From Octopus bimaculoides (lineage: Eukaryota), in NCBI RefSeq assembly GCF_001194135.2, contig NC_068990.1:66210681-66249462 (forward strand): DNA of 38,782 bases, in the 5' to 3' direction. This document shows, one piece after another, positions 36,121 through 38,782 of the stretch (the first letter of the stretch is position 1; every line of letters starts with the position of its first letter). Position numbers and translations under genes: made by a program. The notes under the pieces are model-generated. The model ran no database searches, was not told the origin of the DNA, and saw only the letters and a program-made list of their open reading frames with translations.

Positions 36121-36206
36121 ATTCCGACATATGTTTCGAAGAATTACAATTTATGCGATCCATAGGAATCGTCGATGTTAAAAATGTAAACTTCTCCTCA
36201 GGGAAT
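36121..36206 (-). ncRNA. Type I hammerhead ribozyme with intact core and GUC site
   Basis: Minus strand reads ATTCC CTGAGGA GAAG-tTTACA...TGTAAtt-CTTC GAAA CATATG TC GGAAT. Stem I ATTCC/GGAAT, stem II GAAG/CTTC plus TTACA/TGTAA, palindromic stem III ACATATGT. Predicted cleavage between 36126 and 36125; AATAAA lies just downstream of the site. Confidence 0.85.
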
Positions 36207-36643
36207 GTGTGGGAACCATCTTAAACGTAAGACATTATGACCGAGTATGATAACTATAGTTGGAGAAGGTTATAGCGTAATTCATTTGAAAAAACCGTTG
36301 GAGATTAGGACGCTACCAGATAGTACGTTGGACAAGAAAGGAAGAAAAAAATAGGAAAAGAAAAAAAGAAAAAAGAAAGAAAATTCAGAGTGTAGAGTTG
36401 GGAGAAGATAGGCTGATATAAATCCGATAAAAATTGGAGAGGAATGTTATGTAATAAAAAGGGATTATAAATGGATTTAATCTTGTGTTTCTACAAAAAT
36501 ATTGAGATGAGTGTATATAATCATTTATACTTATGTGTATGCTCATATATACACACAAACAAATCCATATTTACTCCCATAAGTTCATGTATGTATATTT
36601 ATATACATACCCACGTCAAAACTCACACTCATATATACATACG

Positions 36644-36733
<90 letters not shown>

Positions 36734-36834
36734 AATACAAACACATATATATATATGCATATATATCGGTATACCTATACATACACATACATATAAACAC
36801 ACGTACACATACATACACAAACATATAAATATAT

Positions 36835-36889
<55 letters not shown>

Positions 36890-37152
36890 NNNNNNNNNNN
36901 NNNNNNNNNNNNNNNNNNNNNNNNNNNNNNNNNNNNNNNNNNNNNNNNNNNNNNNNNNNNNNNNNNNNTGATGGATACACATTTGAAAATGGTTTTGTTT
37001 CATTGGTCATTTCAACTAACGGTCTTTACAATAACAGGTTGCATGCCATGAACAAAATACGGCATAAAATTCATCTTATAAAATCGAAGAAAAACTTAAA
37101 TCAAAAATAGCTTATAAAGAAGGACAGAGTCAAAATCACCAGGGTAAATAAT

Positions 37153-37475
37153 TAGTCATTTGACTACGGCCAAGCTGGAGCACCGCGTTTAGTCGAGCAA
37201 ATCGACCCCAGGACATACTCTTTGGAAGCCTCGTACTATCGGTCTCTTTTGCCGAACCACTAAGTTACGGGGACGTAAACACTCCAGCATCGGTTGTCAA
37301 GCGATGTTGGGGGGGAAAAACACAGGCACACAAGCATATACACACACATACGCATATATACATACTACAAGCTTCTTTCAGTTTCCGTCTATCACAAGGT
37401 GTCACGCAGTGGGATTGAACCCAGAACCATGTGGTTGGGAAGCAAGCTACTTACCACACAGCCACTCCTGAGCCT
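37153..37475 (-). mobile_element. SINE family A, near full length with an internal deletion
   Basis: Reverse-complemented head aggctcaggagtggctgtgtggtaagtagcttgcttcccaaccacatggttctgggttcaatccc carries A and B boxes. Confidence 0.9.
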
Positions 37476-37545
37476 TTGTAAAATATTAATAAATTTATGC
37501 ATTAAAAGTTATATCCGTTTAAAAAAACATTTTCACGTTGGATTA

Positions 37546-38227
37546 CATAACGTATATATGCAAACAATTTAAAACAAATACTGTTCGGTGTCTATGATAT
37601 TGAAATAAGGAAATTGTACGTTAATGTGATGTAACACAATTAAATACTTGAGTAAAAATGAAAATGAAAATAAAAATAAAATAATAAAAATAAACCTCGT
37701 CAAAGCTTAAGCTTAAAATTAAAATTAAAATTAAATTTATAAAACAGTCGAAGGATTTCTTAGAAATGAAGTCGCAATATACATTATCATTGCGGTGCAA
37801 AAAAACTATACCGTGTAAAGTTAAATTCAAATGCGACAGTCAAAAAATATATTTCGAAAGTCAAAACATTTTCCCATACGGTATTTTGTCGGTTGACATT
37901 TTAAATCTTGTGGCCTGCCTGCAGGAATTTAAGAGCTCGCGTCTCTGGTTCAAAGCGTTTTTATCCTGGAATAAGATGAACTTCTCTGAGAGGCAAAGAT
38001 TGCATTTCATAGGTCTTTTATAATATAATGTAAATTGCGACTTCATTTTTAAGAAAGCCTTCGACTGTTATATAAATTTAAATTTAAATTTAATTTGAGG
38101 CTTAAGCTTTGCCGATGTTTATGTTTATTATTTTTATTTTTATGCTACAGCAAATTAATGTATTATTTCCTTATCATACATACCGAACAGTATTTTAAAA
38201 AATTGTTTGCATATATACGTTATTATG
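37546..38227. mobile_element. Foldback element: ~200-240-bp inverted arms around a 237-bp spacer
   Basis: Arms 37546-37787 and 38025-38227 share ataacgtatatatgcaaacaattt, aatactgttcggt, aaagcttaagc and acagtcgaagg.tttctta.aaatgaagtcgcaat.tacattat. TA is present on both outer sides. Confidence 0.85.
37900..38020 (-). pseudogene. Penelope-like GIY-YIG endonuclease C-terminal fragment
   Basis: KRPMKCNLCLSEKFILFQDKNALNQRRELLNSCRQATRFK matches the PLE motif CNLCL.EK..IL......LN.R.EL...CRH..KF. Confidence 0.7.
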
Positions 38228-38782
38228 TAGATATGCCTCTGTATTTATGATTATGTATGTATATGCTTGTATGTGTGTGTATATGTATGCATATGCACAT
38301 GTGTATGTGTATATATATATGTATATATACATATATATATATGCATACATATATAAACGTGCATGTATATGTGTGTATACTTTTATATATGTGAGCATGT
38401 ATTTGCGTACATATTTTTGTATATTTGTTTACGTATGCATATGTGTGTTTATTTGTATGTATATTTATACTTATGTAGATATACATGTAATTTTTGTGTG
38501 CATTTTTATGTGTTCATTGCGCAAGCCAAATGAAGTATCCAAACGGTGTTGGTTATTTTCGGGCGTCATTATGGAGCACACCTTTTCCCTATCTATTTCC
38601 CCCCTGACTCTCGCTAGTTGTCTGTTTCTCTTTCTTTCTTTTATTTCCTTTTTCTTCCTCTCCACTGTTTTCTTCCTCCTCCTTATACTTAATATTCTCT
38701 GATTTTTCCTTCGCCCGTAACAACTAACTTGAATAAGCATACGTCAGGAAATTTTATGCGCGTGCAATGTGTGCTTATATAT

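Noticed and set aside
37400-37475. tRNA gene (A/B boxes)
   Set aside because: It is a tRNA-derived SINE head continuous with the SINE body, with no cloverleaf.
36121-38020. Hammerhead and GIY-YIG fragment as parts of one Penelope element
   Set aside because: They are on the same strand but 1.7 kb apart, separated by a foldback arm, a SINE, a gap and microsatellites. Continuity cannot be shown.

Overview
AT-rich, microsatellite-dense eukaryotic draft-assembly DNA with about 3.1 kb of N gaps, most of them flanked by simple repeats. The interspersed repeats match my recollection of octopus/coleoid SINE families (not database-verified). No host protein-coding gene can be supported, and nearly all ORFs in the track are microsatellite or gap artefacts. 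Supported content: a near full-length decayed Tigger/pogo transposon (5647-7894) with an adjacent TA-flanked MITE; an RTE/RTEX LINE fragment; R4/Dong-like LINE fragments next to (TAA)n; probable hAT transposase remnants; and about 25 tRNA-derived SINE copies from at least three families. The most notable signals are Penelope-type. There is a canonical type I hammerhead ribozyme on the minus strand (36121-36206), a divergent pair of minimal-hammerhead repeats around a (TTA)n/(TAA)n centre (16685-17209), and a ~680-bp foldback enclosing a Penelope GIY-YIG C-terminal fragment (37546-38227). These belong to known element classes. I see no solid evidence for a wholly new system, but these structures are worth testing.
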